Under the pieces are notes generated by a model that was not told the origin of the DNA, did not search any database, and worked only from the letters and a program-made list of their open reading frames with translations. Both the position numbers and the translations under genes were made by a program. Source: Octopus sinensis (taxonomy: Eukaryota). Taken from it: a DNA stretch of 10,129 bases. Position 1 is the stretch's first letter. Every line of letters begins with the position of its first letter. Below are positions 7,511-10,129 of this stretch, one piece after another. Location: positions 1 through 10,129 of the forward strand of contig NW_021827464.1 in the NCBI RefSeq assembly GCF_006345805.1, written 5' to 3'.

Positions 7511-7662
7511 GCGGTGATGGAGTGGTAGAGTGGTTGTATAAAGTCAACATAACGTGACAGTCCCGTAAAGGGAATTACACCACCTCTATTTAGCCCTAGG
7601 AAGCATCGACGCTTTCTGTCGGCTTTGACACATTTCCTGTGTCCTTATATTTGCAAAGGGGA
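7511..7662 (+). mobile_element. Possible 5' portion of a third, tRNA-related SINE family
   Basis: A-box-like TGGTAGAGTGG (7523-33) and B-box-like GTGACAGTCCC (7554-64), only 20 nt apart. gacaca...tgtgtccttatatttgcaaaggg resembles an octopus repeat I recall. Single copy here, so weak. Confidence 0.4.
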
Positions 7663-7683
7663 GGCAAGCACCCCCACCAGCTA

Positions 7684-7750
7684 GGACTAGCAACCTGAAG
7701 ACATGCATGTTTCTGGGTCTTGCTCGTCATCAGTCCAGGATAGCGAGTCC
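7684..7750 (-). ncRNA. Type I hammerhead ribozyme motif with canonical core and GUC site
   Basis: Minus strand reads GGACUCGCUAUCCUGGA CUGAUGA CGAGCAAGACCCA GAA ACAUGCAUGU C UUCAGGUUGCUAGUCC. Stem I is CCUGGA/UUCAGG extended by GGACU/AGUCC; stem III is a perfect 10-nt palindrome; stem II is weak. Confidence 0.75.
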
Positions 7751-7904
7751 AGAGAAAGTTCTTATTTGTATGAAAGAAACGGATTTAAATTAATCTAAAT
7801 GAAATATTTAGATCAGAAAATATTATTTTCTCACAAGTATGCAATAAAAGTTTCATAGATACGATAAACTCTTCGAAGGATCTACGAGAAAATATTATTC
7901 AAAT

Positions 7905-8232
7905 TGTTTTACCTGTCTTGCGGTCATGCTGGAGCATCGCCTTCAACGAATTTTATTGAAACAAATCGACGCTACTAATTTTTGTTATTAAGCCTGGTAC
8001 TTATTTTTATCGGGAACGTAATGAAACCGACACCGGTTATCAAGTGGTGAGTATGCGTGTAACGAACAGACACACACACACGATGGGTTTCTGCATTGTT
8101 TCCAACTACCAGATTCACTCACAAGGCATTAATCGACTAAAGAAAAAGGCACTTACCCAAAGTGCCGCGCGCTGAGGACCGAAAGTGAATCTACATGGTT
8201 GCAAAGCAAGGTTCTTGACCACACAGCCATAT
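7905..8232 (-). mobile_element. SINE family A, old diverged copy (A3)
   Basis: Contains catgctggagcatcgccttc, aagcctggtacttat, ttcactcacaaggc, and ccacacagcca at the head. Confidence 0.8.
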
Positions 8233-8421
8233 CTGGCCTTATGTGTGTTTTAATTTAACGAATTAATTTTTAAAATATTCGATAATGAAGATCATGAGCC
8301 CATTTAATTGACGTGTGTTGTGCTAAAAATGATTATACTTTTGGACGGAACGATATTAATTAAATAATTATGTAATTATATTCTTCAACAAAACCCATGG
8401 AATTTCCTAGAATATATATAC

Positions 8422-8538
8422 ACGATTCCAGGTTCAGTCACACTGCGTGGCACCTTAGCCAGGTGTCTTCTACTATAGCCCCGGACCGACCAAAGCCTTC
8501 TGAGTGGATTTGTTAGATGGAAACTGAAAGAAGCCGTC

Positions 8539-8583
<45 letters not shown>

Positions 8584-8853
8584 TATTATATATATATGGA
8601 AGGAGAGATAGATAGATACGTATATATATATTTATGTATGTGTGTCTATCTTTGTACCTCTACCCACCCACCGCTTGACAGCGGTGTTTGTGTGTCTCCG
8701 TCTGAGTAGCATAGCGGTTCGGCAAAAGGAGATCGATAGAATAAGTACAAGCCTAAGACAAAAAAGGTCCTGACATCGATTTGTTCGACCAAAAACACTT
8801 CAAGGCGGTGCTCCATTATGGCCGCAGTCAAATGACTGCGACAAATAAAAGAG
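8422..8853 (+). mobile_element. SINE family A, lacking the A box, with expanded central microsatellite (A4)
   Basis: Starts near B box ggttcagtca (8431); TG/TA/GATA tract at 8529-8645; ends cagtcaaatgactgcgacaaataaaagag. Confidence 0.88.
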
Positions 8854-9059
8854 TGTCCCGTTCACGTTCGGATAAGACGCCATCAGAAATGAAACCGTCA
8901 TTTTAAACGAATATTATTTATCGACGAGAAAAATAGAAAAATAGATGAAAATCGATATTTATATTATTATTTTTTTTTTTGTTCCTCCACTGTAATTTCT
9001 GTTGATTAAGTAATTGATGAGTTTCTTCCCCGTTGCTATTCTTGAGATCTGCTGTACAT

Positions 9060-9311
9060 GTGTGTCTAGGTATGCCCGTGTGTGTATGTGTATATGGGTA
9101 TATATGTTAAGTACGCATGTATGTGTGTGTCGTATGCCTTTTTTTTTTTACGTAGGTGTATGTGAGTGTATAAATATGCATGCGTAACATATGCAGAGAT
9201 ACATACATATATACATATATTCATACTTATATACATGTTTATATGTGTACAAGATATATATGTGTGTGTGTGTGTGTGTGTGTACATTTGTACAATAGTA
9301 CATATATAATA

Positions 9312-9342
<31 letters not shown>

Positions 9343-9356
9343 GTATGTATATATAT
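9060..9356. repeat. Degenerate TG/TA/CA microsatellite region
   Basis: Read directly. Confidence 0.85.
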
Positions 9357-9837
9357 GTACAGGACGTCACCAACAGTAAACAACATGAAATACGAAAACA
9401 AATGGAAAACAGGACAAGTAACATGAAGTACGACCTTCATCAGTTGTTGGCTGTCTCTCTCTACTTCTCATTTCCATCATGTGTGTGTATGTGTATATGT
9501 AATTATATATATATATATATATAATATATATATATATATATAGGGAGAATCCCCCCCCCCCAAAAAAAAGACGAAGACAGGTGGTGTACAAAACAAACAG
9601 ATGTATTAGTATACGCTCGGGAAGTGAAACGTCTTTAACGTTTCGAGCCTACGCTCTTCCACAGAAAGAATCAAGGAGAGAAAATATAGAACGTGTAGTG
9701 GCTAGCGATCTATCATATACACACTCACATATATATATATATATATATATTATATATAATATATATATACATAATATATATGACAGATGCTTTTTCTCAT
9801 TGTGGTTCAACGTGTTTTTGATGTCCTGTACCCATAT
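9351..9837 (-). mobile_element. Probable non-autonomous Penelope-like terminal element with inverted end
   Basis: Inverted arms GTACAGGACGTCA (9357-69) and TGATGTCCTGTAC (9819-31) match at 12/13 and extend imperfectly to about 45 bp. Contains the PLE-type hammerhead at 9632-9669 and internal TA tracts. Confidence 0.6.
9632..9669 (-). ncRNA. Minimal PLE-type hammerhead motif with A6U core variant
   Basis: Minus strand reads UCUUU CUGUGGA A GAGC GUAG GCUC GAA ACGU U AAAGA. Stem I is 5 bp, stem II is 4 bp, stem III is the palindrome ACGU, and the site is GUU. Confidence 0.7.
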
Positions 9838-9849
9838 ATGCATGTATCT

Positions 9850-9963
9850 ATAATTATAAAGTAGGTATGTGCATATATGTATATATGCATATATTTACAT
9901 ATTATTTATATTATTATATGATCGAATGCCACGCATCCTTTTCCAAGTAATATTATATATATG

Positions 9964-9996
<33 letters not shown>

Positions 9997-10095
9997 ATAT
10001 AGATAGATAGATAAGATGATAGGTTGATAGATAGATAGATAGTTGCGTATATATACATGTATGTATACGAGTGTGTACCATGCACACACACACAC
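9850..10095. repeat. TA/GATA/CA microsatellite region
   Basis: TA at about 9955-10000, GATA at 10000-10041, CA at 10084-10096. Confidence 0.9.
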
Positions 10096-10129
10096 ATCCA
10101 CTAGGTGTATATTCTCTATTTTCTAACTC

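Noticed and set aside
7582-7600. TAAATAG and GCCCTAG words resembling pistol ribozyme motifs
   Set aside because: The two words are on opposite strands and the P1/pseudoknot topology cannot be built.
8172-8184. CTGAGGA-CC-GAAA on the plus strand
   Set aside because: No stem II is possible, there is no stem I or III, and it is the antisense of the decayed B-box region of SINE A3.
9437-9443. CTGATGA on the minus strand
   Set aside because: It is followed by AGGTCGTACTTCATG with no GAAA or stem III/NUH, so at most an unrecognisable relic.

Overview
Non-coding, repeat-dense eukaryotic DNA with no credible protein-coding gene. The SINE families and microsatellite style match what I recognise as octopus (coleoid cephalopod) genomic DNA; this is inferred from memory, not searched. 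The window holds 4 copies of one tRNA-derived SINE (family A), about 9 copies or fragments of a second (family B, partly stacked head-to-tail at 1559-2595), hAT-like DNA transposon remnants, and a 2.8 kb trinucleotide-repeat mosaic (2880-5675) that explains most long ORFs. The main hidden signal is four hammerhead-ribozyme-like motifs in unrelated repeat contexts: 6090-6138 (+), 7345-7417 (+), 7684-7750 (-) and 9632-9669 (-). All four have the palindromic stem III typical of the minimal, dimer-cleaving type I hammerheads at Penelope-like retroelement (PLE) termini. Two have non-canonical cores: one A6U, and one C8 that predicts a swapped G3-C8 pair. Two sit in elements with the inverted-end architecture of PLE insertions. 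All folds were paired by eye and none is shown to be active.
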